Assembly (NCBI RefSeq): GCF_019203185.1
Contig: NZ_CP078093.1
Span: 2,700,389 to 2,732,388 of the forward strand
Source of the DNA: Crassaminicella indica
GTDB lineage: Bacteria; Bacillota; Clostridia; Peptostreptococcales; Thermotaleaceae
Length of the DNA stretch: 32,000 nucleotides
Reading direction: 5' to 3'
How positions within the stretch are numbered: position 1 is the stretch's first letter; every line of letters begins with the position of its first letter. The translations under genes were made by a program, and so were the position numbers. Shown here in pieces: positions 19,231 to 29,272 of the stretch. Below the pieces are notes generated by a model that was not told the origin of the DNA, ran no database searches, and saw only the letters and a list, made by a program, of their open reading frames with translations.

Positions 19231-20719
19231 ATTTAAACTCCCCCAAACTAGCTAGTTTATCATATTCTGCAAGATTCCTTGTAATATTAGTTGTATTTTC
19301 ATTGATATATGTTATATTTGTTTGAGTTGGAAAATCTATTATACCTTTCTCACAGATTCTCTTAATAATTTTATAAGAAAAAGCTCCATAAGTATTAGCT
19401 CTTTCACATGCTTTATCAATTATTTCATCATCATATTTTGTTCTTAAAGAAAGTATTCCAGAAATAGATTTATAATCATATTTTTTGTTGTTTGAATGCT
19501 TTATGAAGTTATCAAAGAACTTAAGAGCATTTTCTCCTATTTCAAGCATTTCTTCTCTTTGTCTTGACAATATTTGAGCACTTGTTATACTTTTACTATA
19601 AGGATAATGTTCATTATTTGTTATGTATTCGCCCTTTTTATCTTGACATAAGGTATGGAGGGCTATTTCTTTTTCTTTGTAGAATATTTTTAATATATTA
19701 TTTATCTCAATAGCTTCTATTTCTTGTCCTATATAAGCATATGGTACAGAATAATAATTAGCATCGTAGCTGATATGACAATTTGTATTTACAATACATT
19801 TAGTAGATTTAGATAAGATAAAATCTTTATTAGGGATAGGAATTAATTTTTCTTTTTCTATAGAGTTAAAAACTTCGGCAGGAACTTTTTTAGTTGTACC
19901 ATGTTTTCTTATGTTTGCAATATTTTCAAGCCATTCAGATAAAAATTCTTTAGCTTCTTCGTAATCTTTAAATTCTCGACCTTTAAAACAATTATCCTTA
20001 ACATATTTAACATTAGCTTCTACTTTGCCTTTATCCGTAGGAGTGTATACTCTACATGGCTGCGCCCAAAATCCATAATGCGAAGCAAATGATGCATAAT
20101 TTTTTTGCACTGTAGGTTCATAAAAATCAGCTTCTAAAATACCTGCTTTTAAATTATCTATTTTTACTGTTTCAGGTACTCCACAAAAATATTTAAAAGT
20201 ATTTTTGTGACAAGTAATAAAAGTTTTAACAGATTGGTCAAATACTATTTGAACATACATATATCTTGAATAACTCAATGTCATAACAAATATCCAAGCT
20301 TTTTTATGTCTGCCATTAACTTTTATTGTTCCTATATACCCAAAATCAACTTGAGCTTCTTCTCCAGGAAGAGAAGTTAATACCATGTAAGCTTTAGGTG
20401 GATTTTTCTTTATTCCAGCTATATATTTTTTTACAGTATCATAGCTTCCTTCATATCCATGTTCTCTTTGTAAATCTTGAAAAATGCGCTTTGCTGAAAG
20501 TTCTTTAGAAGTTTGAATATTGATATATTCTTTATATGGATCAAGTATTGAAGGATACGCTTTTCTTTCTACAGCACCATGTTTTTCAAGTTTTTCTAGT
20601 ACAGTTCTTACTGTTTTTCTGTCTATTTTTAACATTTTAGCTATTTGAGTTTTGTTATATCCTTTTTCAAATAAAGTATCTATTGTAGTATGCATTTCAA
20701 CCCCCAACATGTATTTCAT
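19223..20719 (-). CDS. istA: IS21-family transposase IstA
   Basis: HTH (GYNKTQIAKMLKIDRKTVRTVLEKL), DDE region EEAQVDFGYIG...KIDNLKAGI...YGFWAQPCRVYTPTDKGKVEANVKYVK, Mu-type C-terminal region. Confidence 0.95.
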   Translation of the reverse strand: MKYMLGVEMHTTIDTLFEKGYNKTQIAKMLKIDRKTVRTVLEKLEKHGAVERKAYPSILDPYKEYINIQTSKELSAKRIFQDLQREHGYEGSYDTVKKYIAGIKKNPPKAYMVLTSLPGEEAQVDFGYIGTIKVNGRHKKAWIFVMTLSYSRYMYVQIVFDQSVKTFITCHKNTFKYFCGVPETVKIDNLKAGILEADFYEPTVQKNYASFASHYGFWAQPCRVYTPTDKGKVEANVKYVKDNCFKGREFKDYEEAKEFLSEWLENIANIRKHGTTKKVPAEVFNSIEKEKLIPIPNKDFILSKSTKCIVNTNCHISYDANYYSVPYAYIGQEIEAIEINNILKIFYKEKEIALHTLCQDKKGEYITNNEHYPYSKSITSAQILSRQREEMLEIGENALKFFDNFIKHSNNKKYDYKSISGILSLRTKYDDEIIDKACERANTYGAFSYKIIKRICEKGIIDFPTQTNITYINENTTNITRNLAEYDKLASLGEFKYE

Positions 20720-20825
20720 CTCCCTTTGCAGACTTTATTTTATTAAACTACAAAGGGGTATTTTTTTCTATACAGATGGGGAATTTTCTTTCCCTTTTCC
20801 GGGTAATTAAATTCTACCACTAACA

Positions 20826-21080
20826 GTCTATTACAAAAAACAAATAGTGCCTTTTCAAAAGGATCTAGCTGAAACTGAGTTTGAACAATGATACTTAATC
20901 CATCAATACTTTTCCTAAGATCAGTAGCCCCACAGGCTAAGTATACTGTATCTATTTTATCTATATTTAACATGTCTTCATAATCGCTTCCAAAACGAAT
21001 GATAGACGATGTAGATGTAGTAGATACGTTTTTAGAAGTTTTTTCTTTAAGATTGACAGCATGAAATACCTGATGATCTT
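20826..21080 (-). pseudogene. IS66-family TnpB N-terminal fragment interrupted by IS21
   Basis: MLNIDKIDTVYLACGATDLRKSIDGLSIIVQTQFQLDPFEKALFVFCNR, then the frame runs into the IS21 end (LLVVEFNYPEKGKK...). Confidence 0.85.
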
Positions 21081-21289
21081 TCTTTAATATAGTTGATGGA
21101 TGCTAATCTTATTTTCTTTACAAAAAGATCTAATAGTTCCTTTATGTAAAGAAAATCTATTCAAATTTTGTTATCTGTTATTCTAGCAAAGTAAGGTACA
21201 AACTACTAGGCAGAAAATCTTTGACGGTTACGCTCAAATTACATTTTTCACAAACAAAAAAAGTCAGCCAAGAATATTTTATTATTCTT

Positions 21290-21747
21290 AACTGACTTAA
21301 ATTTTATTAATGTGCCTTAACTAAATGACATTGCCCATTAAGATACTTATTTTCTCTTTTGTTAGCATGATCAAAGTGCTTAAAGTAGCAATCAAAACGA
21401 TCACCAAACTTGGCTTGTAATGTATCAGCAATAGTTAGAAATATGGTAGCATTCTTTAACGTTTTAGGAATCAATTATATTACAATACCTACGGTAATTC
21501 TAATTAGTTCTTCCATAGGGAAATGAACATAGGATAAAACGTAATATAGGGAATTTAAAGCTTTTCCACTATATTTTTTAATGAAATTTTCATATAAAAA
21601 TCGTATAGATCTAACTTCTTCAACAGAAGTAATGGCTAACATTAACCACAGAAATCCATCAAAGCTACGCTTTTTGAAAAGTGAGCAATATTTAAGTAAA
21701 TACTGTTGTAAAGTTTGAATAAATGAATATTTGGATATACTAATCAT
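21290..21747 (-). pseudogene. Degraded DDE transposase fragment (family uncertain)
   Basis: ORF 21475..21747 plus upstream-frame remnant ...FLTIADTLQAKFGDRFDCYFKHFDHANKRE.... Confidence 0.5.
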
Positions 21748-21887
21748 ATCAGATGCCTCCTAGGGTATTGGTCTTCATAAAATTAGTATTCCTAGTATTC
21801 AGGTGTCTGATTTTGTTATTTATATCCAATTAATTTATAATTTCTTGTAAAGTAATGTAAAAATATTAGATAGATACGATTTTATAC

Positions 21888-23531
21888 TTACCACCTATAC
21901 TCATTATATCCACCTTCAGGACCATTGTCTTTGTCATACCATTTATCTAATAATTCAAACCAGTTACCTACTTTATTTATTTCTTTATTTATTCCTTCTT
22001 TACACCATTTTAATTTTCCATAACACATGTCTCCAAGCGCTAAATATTTAGTTAAATCAAGAGGGCTATACCAAAATTGAGATTCAAAATGTCTATGGTA
22101 AACGCGATTAGAATAAACTTCACTATCACCTGATGGGAAGAAAATAGATAATCCATTTTTACCATCCTTAAATCCATCATAATCTTCTCCCCCATAAGAA
22201 TAGAGAATCATATCATCTACTCTATCCATAAGAGTTTGAGATTTACTATAGATATTCGATAAATTTGTTATAAGAATATCTTCATTTTGATTATATATCA
22301 CATCATAAACAGCAGTCTGTTGTTTTTCTATATATACTTCATTCATAACAGTATTAGGTTGTTTTTCATTATATACTTCATCCGCAACAGTTTTTGTGAA
22401 TTTATCACTATATTTTATTTCTTTTGCAAAATCATATAAATCAAATAATGGATAAAAAAGTTGACTAATTATATTATTCGAATAAAAATAATGCATAATT
22501 TTAGGATTACTTATGTTCCCTCTTAATTCTTCGATTTTTTGTTTCTCATCCTCAATAGCAACAACAAGACCATCTACTGCATTTTTAACATCTTTTACTT
22601 TGGATAAGTCATAACAAGACAAAGTTTGATTTGTAACAATATTTTTACAAGAATCTCTCTGTTCTTCAACGATGATTGCACCAATTTGAGCATTTGTTAT
22701 AGTTTTAGGAGAATAATATTTTTCATATCCCCCCAAAGTTGAATCCTTTTCATTATTGTGTCCATCTTTAGTTTGTAATCTGTTTAGAATCTTATCATAT
22801 TTCCAACCTTGTTCCCATTCAGCTGTAGCACAGCCCACCATAATATCAGCTTCAAATCCACCATTTCCTTTATAAAATTGATAAGCAAACTCTACATTTC
22901 CCATGTAGCAAGCATCTAAACCTAAAACATCTACAGATTGTTCTTTAGTTAGTACATCAGAAATCTCTCCCGTATATAAAGCATCATATCCATTTGTTTC
23001 ATCTGTACATACCATTTTTCTTTTTTCGTTTTTAGGATCTTTTCTTGGTCCTCCTCCATGATTAGAAAGAATCAATACATATTTATCAGCTGGGTATTTT
23101 TCTTTACAATAATCAATAAAATTTTTTAGTGTGTAAGCATCCCCCATATTAGCTTCAAATGTTGTAAAAATTGTACTTATTTTAGGAAATTGTTTTCCAC
23201 CATCTAACCTTTTAACTTCATTTGGATTGATCTTATATAATCTTGTATCATCAAAATCTTCTCCAAATACCTCTTGATCAGAACTATAGCTTTCATGTCG
23301 GTCTACTAACGCAATCAGATTAATTTCTTTAGTAACACCTTTTTTCATTTCTACAACGTCACTTAACAAATCTGGTTCAAGATCATTATCTGCATCGCAA
23401 TAGTACATTATAGTGATAGGTTTTTTTTCTACTAATAATTCTTTTGCATAAGCAAAGTTAAGATTTCCTAAAACTAGACATATCAATAGAACAACGGTCA
23501 ATATAGCATTATTTTTTTTATTTTTAATCAT
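21888..23531 (-). CDS. Secreted clostripain-like cysteine peptidase (MEROPS C11)
   Basis: Signal peptide MIKNKKNNAILTVVLLICLVLGNLNFAYA; TIMYYCDADNDLEPDLLSDV; DKYVLILSNHGGG (His), VDVLGLDACYMGNVEFAYQF (Cys). Start assigned to the inner ATG at 23531. Confidence 0.92.
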   Translation of the reverse strand: MIKNKKNNAILTVVLLICLVLGNLNFAYAKELLVEKKPITIMYYCDADNDLEPDLLSDVVEMKKGVTKEINLIALVDRHESYSSDQEVFGEDFDDTRLYKINPNEVKRLDGGKQFPKISTIFTTFEANMGDAYTLKNFIDYCKEKYPADKYVLILSNHGGGPRKDPKNEKRKMVCTDETNGYDALYTGEISDVLTKEQSVDVLGLDACYMGNVEFAYQFYKGNGGFEADIMVGCATAEWEQGWKYDKILNRLQTKDGHNNEKDSTLGGYEKYYSPKTITNAQIGAIIVEEQRDSCKNIVTNQTLSCYDLSKVKDVKNAVDGLVVAIEDEKQKIEELRGNISNPKIMHYFYSNNIISQLFYPLFDLYDFAKEIKYSDKFTKTVADEVYNEKQPNTVMNEVYIEKQQTAVYDVIYNQNEDILITNLSNIYSKSQTLMDRVDDMILYSYGGEDYDGFKDGKNGLSIFFPSGDSEVYSNRVYHRHFESQFWYSPLDLTKYLALGDMCYGKLKWCKEGINKEINKVGNWFELLDKWYDKDNGPEGGYNEYRW

Positions 23532-23639
23532 TATTAAACATCCTTTCGTTTTGTTTAAAGTACACTGCAATTTATTAAATAATTCTTAATAAGCTTGATG
23601 TTAGTATAAAAGCATGAACACGAAAAGTAGGATATAATA

Positions 23640-24600
23640 ACTATATCTGAAAGGAAGTGTTCACATGAAACAAAATGGAAAAAGATATGATGATGATTTT
23701 AAAAGAATGCTTGTTGATTTATACAATACCACCAATCATACCTACAAAAGTCTCGAAAGCGAATATAGCGTAACAGCTACAACAATTCAAAGATGGGTAA
23801 AGGATTTAACTCCTATCGATCCATCGGATGAAAATTCTATAAGCCCTCGTGAAAGAAAGCAAGCGCCGCTATGGAGCGCATAAAATCCATCAACAGATGA
23901 AGAAAGAGAAACTGCTTGAAACAATACCTAGCCTAAAAAGAGTTCAAAGATTCATGAAAAATATGGGTTTATTTGCTGTACTCATCAAACGATTTAAATA
24001 CAAGAATACCAAGACTACTAATAAAAATCTTCCAAATCTATTTAATCAAGATTTTTCGACTACTAAATTGAATCAGAAGTGGGTTGCCGATATAACTTAT
24101 ATCAATACAATTCATGATGGATGGTGCTATTTAGCTTCAATACTTGATTTACATAGCCAAAAAATTGTTGGCTATGAATTTACTAAGAAAATGGATTAAT
24201 CCATCGTTTTAAACGCATTAGATAAAACTATGCTTCGACAAGGAAAACCTAAAAATGTGATTATACATACAGATCGTGTTAGTCAATACCTAAGTAAAGA
24301 TTATATAAAAGCAATCGAAGGCTATGGAGCAAAGAGATCTTATAGTGCTAAGGGAAATCCTTATGATAATGCTGTAATCAAATCATTTCATGCAATTTTG
24401 AAAAAAGAAGAAATTTACCAAAATATTTATCGTTCATATGAAAAAGCTAATTTGGCTATATTTGAGTTTATTGAATCCTGGTACAACAATAAAAGAATTC
24501 ATAGCAGCATTGGATATCTTACACCAAATGAATTTGAAAAACTTGCTGCTTAAAATATCACACTTTTTGTGTCCAAATATTGACATAAGTCCAGCTTCAC
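23640..24600 (+). mobile_element. IS3-family (IS150-like) element, plus orientation, inactivated by an in-frame stop in orfB
   Basis: orfA 23665..23883 (KRYDDDFKRMLVDLYNTTNHTYKSLESEYSVTATTIQRWVKD). orfB 23849..24553 (KRRYGAHKIHQQMKK...KWVADITYI...) with a TAA at 24197-24199; both halves are in the same frame. Confidence 0.85.
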
Positions 24601-24646
24601 ATGTTCATCATTATTAACATATGATTCTACTATGCGTATATTTTAT

Positions 24647-26455
24647 TTAAGACTGTTCATAGTCGCCTATTTGGATATTATATAATGTACTATAAATTCC
24701 TTCTAAATTCATGAGCTCTTCATGGCTTCCACTTTCCTCAATTCTTCCTTTTTCTAAAACAATTATATTAGCAGCTTGTTTAATAAAATTATTAAATCTG
24801 TGAGCTACAATAATACCTATTTTCTCTTTCAACAAATCATTATACATACTAGATAAATTGTACTCTGATATAGCATCTAATGCTGCATTAGGTTCATCTA
24901 AGATGTATATATCAGCTTCCTTTGCAAACGCTCTTGCTAAAGCAACTCTTTGCCACTGTCCAATAGATATTTGTTTACCATTATCAAACCAATACCCCAA
25001 CTGAACATCTATGTTTTTAGGTTCATTCTTTGTCAAATCTTGCAAGTTAAATCTATTACTAATTTCATTAATACGATTATCGTCTCGAATAATATCTAAA
25101 TTTCCATAGCCTATATTTTCTCTAAAAGTAGTTTCGAATTTAGCAAAATCTTGAAATAAAGTTCCTATTCTTCTTTGTAATACTGATTTATCTATTTCTT
25201 TCATATCAATTCCATTTATGTATACACTGCCTTCATAATCATCATAGAATCCCATCATAATTTTTATTAGAGTAGTTTTTCCACTTCCGTTTTTTCCTAC
25301 TATTGCAATAAATTCCCCTTTCCTAATGGTTAAATTAATATCTTTTAATACATAATCCTCATCTTCTCTATATTTATAATATAGATGTTCTATTTTTATT
25401 TCGTTTATTTGATCTATCTCTTTTAGAGTTGTTACTTTTCTTTTGTTTTTTAAATTCAAAAAAACATACAATTGATCTATAAAAATACTTTGTTTTTGTA
25501 TACTTGCAAACGACTCTAGAATTTTTTCAATATAAGATGTTAAATCTATAATCGTTCTAGTATAAGTTATAACATTTCCAATTAAAATTTCACCAATATA
25601 TCCGATATAAAGAACATAAGCAAACATAAGTGAGCTTAAAATATGTTCAAATATCCCAACAATTGATAAATATACTATAGATTGCTTTGCAATCTTTAAA
25701 TCTTGTAAATTAAAACTATTAATATAGTTTTTATATTTAGTTATAAAATAATCAAACAATTGATATGCTTTTAATTCTTTATAGTTCTCTCCATTCTTTA
25801 TAAGAAAATCATAGTACCATGCTTGTCTCTCCTGATTAGTTCTCGCTTTTATTATTTTAAATTCTTTTATGTTTATATTTTTAACTACAAAATATTTAAC
25901 AATTGGAACTATCAAAACAATTATAACAATCCAAGCTTTAAAATAAAGTAAAATAATTACATATGAAAACATAGTAATCAAAGTACTTGAAATATTAACA
26001 AACATGTTAAAATATGATAATAGCTTACCTTCACTTTCATATTGTGCTCGTCTAATTATGTCATAAGTTTCACTATTTTCATAATCCTTCAGCTCAAGAT
26101 TTGTTACTTTTCGTAATACTTCCTCTTTAATTATTAAATTAAATTTTAAACTAAACTTAGTATTAAAATATCCTACTAAACTTTGAAATATAGTTTGAAA
26201 TAAATCCACCCCTGCATAAAGAGCTATATAAACAAATACTTGTCTTATATTTTTTATTCCAAGTTGTATTAGATTTATAATTTTCTGCATTAATAGTAAA
26301 GAAACGGTAGGAAGTATACCCGTTACTATCGTAGAAATTAAAGTTACAGCAAAATATCTCTTGTCTACTTTATATATATACTTTATTGTTTTAATTAAGT
26401 TTTCCCAAATATTAGTAGTTGTTTCTTCTGGATTCATAATTATTCTCCTATTCAA
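24647..26455 (-). CDS. LanT-like ABC transporter (fused TM + ATPase, no C39 peptidase domain)
   Basis: Walker A GKNGSGKTTLIKIMMG, signature SIGQWQRVALARAF, Walker B ADIYILDEPNAALD; overall like SpaT/NisT-type exporters; close to lanC. Confidence 0.85.
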   Translation of the reverse strand: MNRRIIMNPEETTTNIWENLIKTIKYIYKVDKRYFAVTLISTIVTGILPTVSLLLMQKIINLIQLGIKNIRQVFVYIALYAGVDLFQTIFQSLVGYFNTKFSLKFNLIIKEEVLRKVTNLELKDYENSETYDIIRRAQYESEGKLLSYFNMFVNISSTLITMFSYVIILLYFKAWIVIIVLIVPIVKYFVVKNINIKEFKIIKARTNQERQAWYYDFLIKNGENYKELKAYQLFDYFITKYKNYINSFNLQDLKIAKQSIVYLSIVGIFEHILSSLMFAYVLYIGYIGEILIGNVITYTRTIIDLTSYIEKILESFASIQKQSIFIDQLYVFLNLKNKRKVTTLKEIDQINEIKIEHLYYKYREDEDYVLKDINLTIRKGEFIAIVGKNGSGKTTLIKIMMGFYDDYEGSVYINGIDMKEIDKSVLQRRIGTLFQDFAKFETTFRENIGYGNLDIIRDDNRINEISNRFNLQDLTKNEPKNIDVQLGYWFDNGKQISIGQWQRVALARAFAKEADIYILDEPNAALDAISEYNLSSMYNDLLKEKIGIIVAHRFNNFIKQAANIIVLEKGRIEESGSHEELMNLEGIYSTLYNIQIGDYEQS

Positions 26456-26589
26456 CTAAATACATTAATATAAGTTGTTCATCTTATATTATAATAGTAT
26501 GCAAATTATCGTGTTTTGTATCTACCAACAATTATACTTAGTCCTACTAACTAAGTACAATAATTTTTAATGTGCTACCTGGGCTTATG

Positions 26590-27822
26590 TCAATATTTTG
26601 AACACAAAAAGTTTAACAGATTAAAAAGCTGACTTTAAATTATTCTCAAATTGGTCGGGAGTGATATAACCAATACTACTATGTATTCTATTTCTGTTGT
26701 ATCAAGACTCAATGAATTCAAAGATAGATTTTTTAGCTTCATTAAAATCTCTATACTTTTTATGATTAACTTCTTCTTTTTTTAATATTGAATGAGATGA
26801 TTCTATTGGAGCATTATCATAGGGATTACCCTTACTGCTAAAAGAAATAGATAATCCTAGACTTTTAACCTTTTTCATATATTCATAGCTAGTGTATTGG
26901 CTTCCTCGGTCAAAGTGAATGATAACTTGACCATTAGGTCTTTGGTTAAAATAAGCATTTTCTAAAGCTTTTATTGTTAATTCAGTAGTGATAGATTTAG
27001 AGAATGAGTAACCTATGATTTTTCTTGTATATAAATCCATTATTGATGCTAGGTAACACCAACCATCTTTAATAGTATAAATATAGGTAATATCAGCTAC
27101 CCACTTTTGATTTATACAAGTAGCTGTAAAGTCTCTTTTGATGATGTTTTTACCTATTATTTCATTACACTTAGAAGAATAATACTTAAATTTTTTATGA
27201 ACAATTGATCTAATACCTAGCTTTTTCATTAACCTTTATGTTCTTTTTAGACTTACTGACCATCCACGAGATTTTAGTATTTGTCTAATTTTAGGAGCAC
27301 CGTAACGCTTTTTACTATCTAGATAAACAGACATAATGGCTTTTTAGTTTTTCATTTTCAAGAGATCTGTTAGATTTTTCTCTGGACCTACGGTCATAGT
27401 AAGTGCTACGAGGTAGTTCTAAAATTTTACATAACAATTTAATATTATGTTTTTTCTTATTATCTTCGATAAAAGAAATTAATGATTGAATATCTATTTT
27501 TTCGTGAATATGGTTAAAGCCTTTTTTAAGATTTCAATTTCCTCCTTGATCTTTGCATTTTCCTTTTTCATCTCAGCTATATCTTTAGGAGTAATAGGTT
27601 CTTGATCTTCTACTTTAATTACTTTGTTTTCTTTAATCCATTTATAGATTGTTGTTCTAGTTACACCATATTCATGTTCTAACTCTGATACTGAACTACC
27701 AGAGTTATATAATTCAATAATTGTTTGTTTAAAATCTTCGTTGTATCTTTTACCATTAGTATTCATACGGACACACCCTTTCATCTAATTATAGTTTATC
27801 TTGTTAAACTAAGTGTGTCCAT
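26590..27822 (-). mobile_element. IS3-family (IS150-like) element, minus orientation, orfB frameshifted
   Basis: orfA 27494..27784 (GKRYNEDFKQTIIELYNSGSSVSELEHEYGVTRTTIYKWIKENK); orfB fragment 26702..27229 (CINQKWVADITYIYTIKDG...). Ends resemble each other as inverted repeats: TGGACACACTTAGTTTAACAAG (revcomp near 27820) and TTGAACACAAAAAGTTTAACAG (near 26600). Confidence 0.85.
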
Positions 27823-27973
27823 GATTCTATACTAACACCAACCTGATAATTTTCTTTCTAATAATTTTGTTCCTTTAACAACAGATATTCTATCATTTAA
27901 GACTCCTTATATTGTATAGAATAGACATCTATTTTTAGATTTTTATAAGCATACCTACATTATATAAATACCA

Positions 27974-29272
27974 TTAATCGACCATTAATACTCTTCCATA
28001 CTCCATGCTTTCATGAATAACACCTAAAAGTGATAGTACAACTCCCATTGCTCCTTGTAATAAAGACAAATCATTTTCAAAATGATTTTTAATGATTTGA
28101 TTCATATCATAGCTAGTATCACTATTCTTATTAAATATATCAAGAATTGCATTTATATCTTTCTCAATAGTTTTAACAAAACGTTCATCTTTGGTATCCC
28201 TATAAGCCATCATTCTTATGCATAAAACACTAGAATACCCATGACATAAAATTGTTTCAAATAAATTATATCGATTTACAGGTTGATTGATTATATTAAT
28301 CAGATCTTTTTTATAAGTTTCCTCCTTTTGCGTATAACCCATATATTGAGCTGCTTTTTGCAACCCTCTTGCTATTCCTGTGTTACCATAACACCAACTT
28401 GCCATGGGAAGTCTTAAATTATCTGAATACTGTCCTTTGATAAAATTTTCAAAAGATAATTGCGTAGGCCATGCAGCAATATCATTACGGTATACTTTAA
28501 ATTGATCATAAATATCAAACAATGTGCTAATTGCATTTTCAATTCCTTCTACTCTTATTTCTTTATTATGTGCTTTAGTTAATGCCACTAATGGTCCTAA
28601 CATTCCATGAGATAAACCAAAATTAATATTTCCATTTGGAAACTCTAATTGTTCATCTTCTCTAGATAAATTTTCCTTAATAATATGAAAATTTATAATC
28701 GAATTATCCATATGCTCATGATAGTTAGTTAATTCAATAAGATATTTAATTAATTTTTCTAATTGCAAATTTTCCTCTAAATTCCATTCAAAATCTAGTA
28801 AAAAGTATACAAAACCAGATACTCCAGCAATAACATCATAATCGTTCATAAAAACATCATTTTTTCTTCTTAATCTTTCCACAAACTCAACAGCTTGCTC
28901 TAGAAAAAACTTATTTAATGTATTAGAGAATTTTGATAGATTTCCAGTTTTTTTATTAAATAAACTAACACAGAAACATTTATATCCAAATCCACCAATC
29001 ATACCAAGATTTTTTTCTGAAATACCATATGTTTCTATTTCCTGTTTCAATCCTTTACATAAGTCATATCCCATTTGTTCCCATTTATCTTTATTATCTA
29101 TTAGTGGATAGATCTCCGAAATTATCATTAAAAAATCACTATTATATATAGGATTTATAATTTCTAAATCATATTGTTCTTCAATGTATTGAAAAAAGCA
29201 ATTTAAAAACTCATTAACCCTATCCCTTGTATTTTCTGAAATATGTATATAATTATTTGTATCACCTATCAT
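27974..29272 (-). CDS. lanC: Lanthionine synthetase C-like cyclase (LanC)
   Basis: NFGLSHGMLGPLVAL, ASWCYGNTGIARGL, ETILCHGYSS (Zn-ligand Cys/Cys-His motifs of LanC), DLSLLQGAMGVVLSLLG. Confidence 0.93.
   Translation of the reverse strand: MIGDTNNYIHISENTRDRVNEFLNCFFQYIEEQYDLEIINPIYNSDFLMIISEIYPLIDNKDKWEQMGYDLCKGLKQEIETYGISEKNLGMIGGFGYKCFCVSLFNKKTGNLSKFSNTLNKFFLEQAVEFVERLRRKNDVFMNDYDVIAGVSGFVYFLLDFEWNLEENLQLEKLIKYLIELTNYHEHMDNSIINFHIIKENLSREDEQLEFPNGNINFGLSHGMLGPLVALTKAHNKEIRVEGIENAISTLFDIYDQFKVYRNDIAAWPTQLSFENFIKGQYSDNLRLPMASWCYGNTGIARGLQKAAQYMGYTQKEETYKKDLINIINQPVNRYNLFETILCHGYSSVLCIRMMAYRDTKDERFVKTIEKDINAILDIFNKNSDTSYDMNQIIKNHFENDLSLLQGAMGVVLSLLGVIHESMEYGRVLMVD

Larger units (their letters stand above)
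18356..20825 (-). mobile_element. IS21-family insertion sequence (istA + istB)
   Basis: Terminal inverted repeats aligned by eye: left TGTTAATGTCAATACAAATTCCTCAAAAAAGGGAAGATTTTTTCCCCACC; right (reverse complement) TGTTAGTGGTAGAATTTAATTACCCGGAAAAGGGAAAGAAAATTCCCCATC. 5'-TG...CA-3' ends. No clear target-site duplication. Confidence 0.8.

Noticed and set aside
24197-24199. TAA in IS3 orfB as programmed recoding or selenocysteine-like signal
   Set aside because: It is TAA, in a degraded IS element with a same-frame continuation; a simple inactivating mutation is enough.
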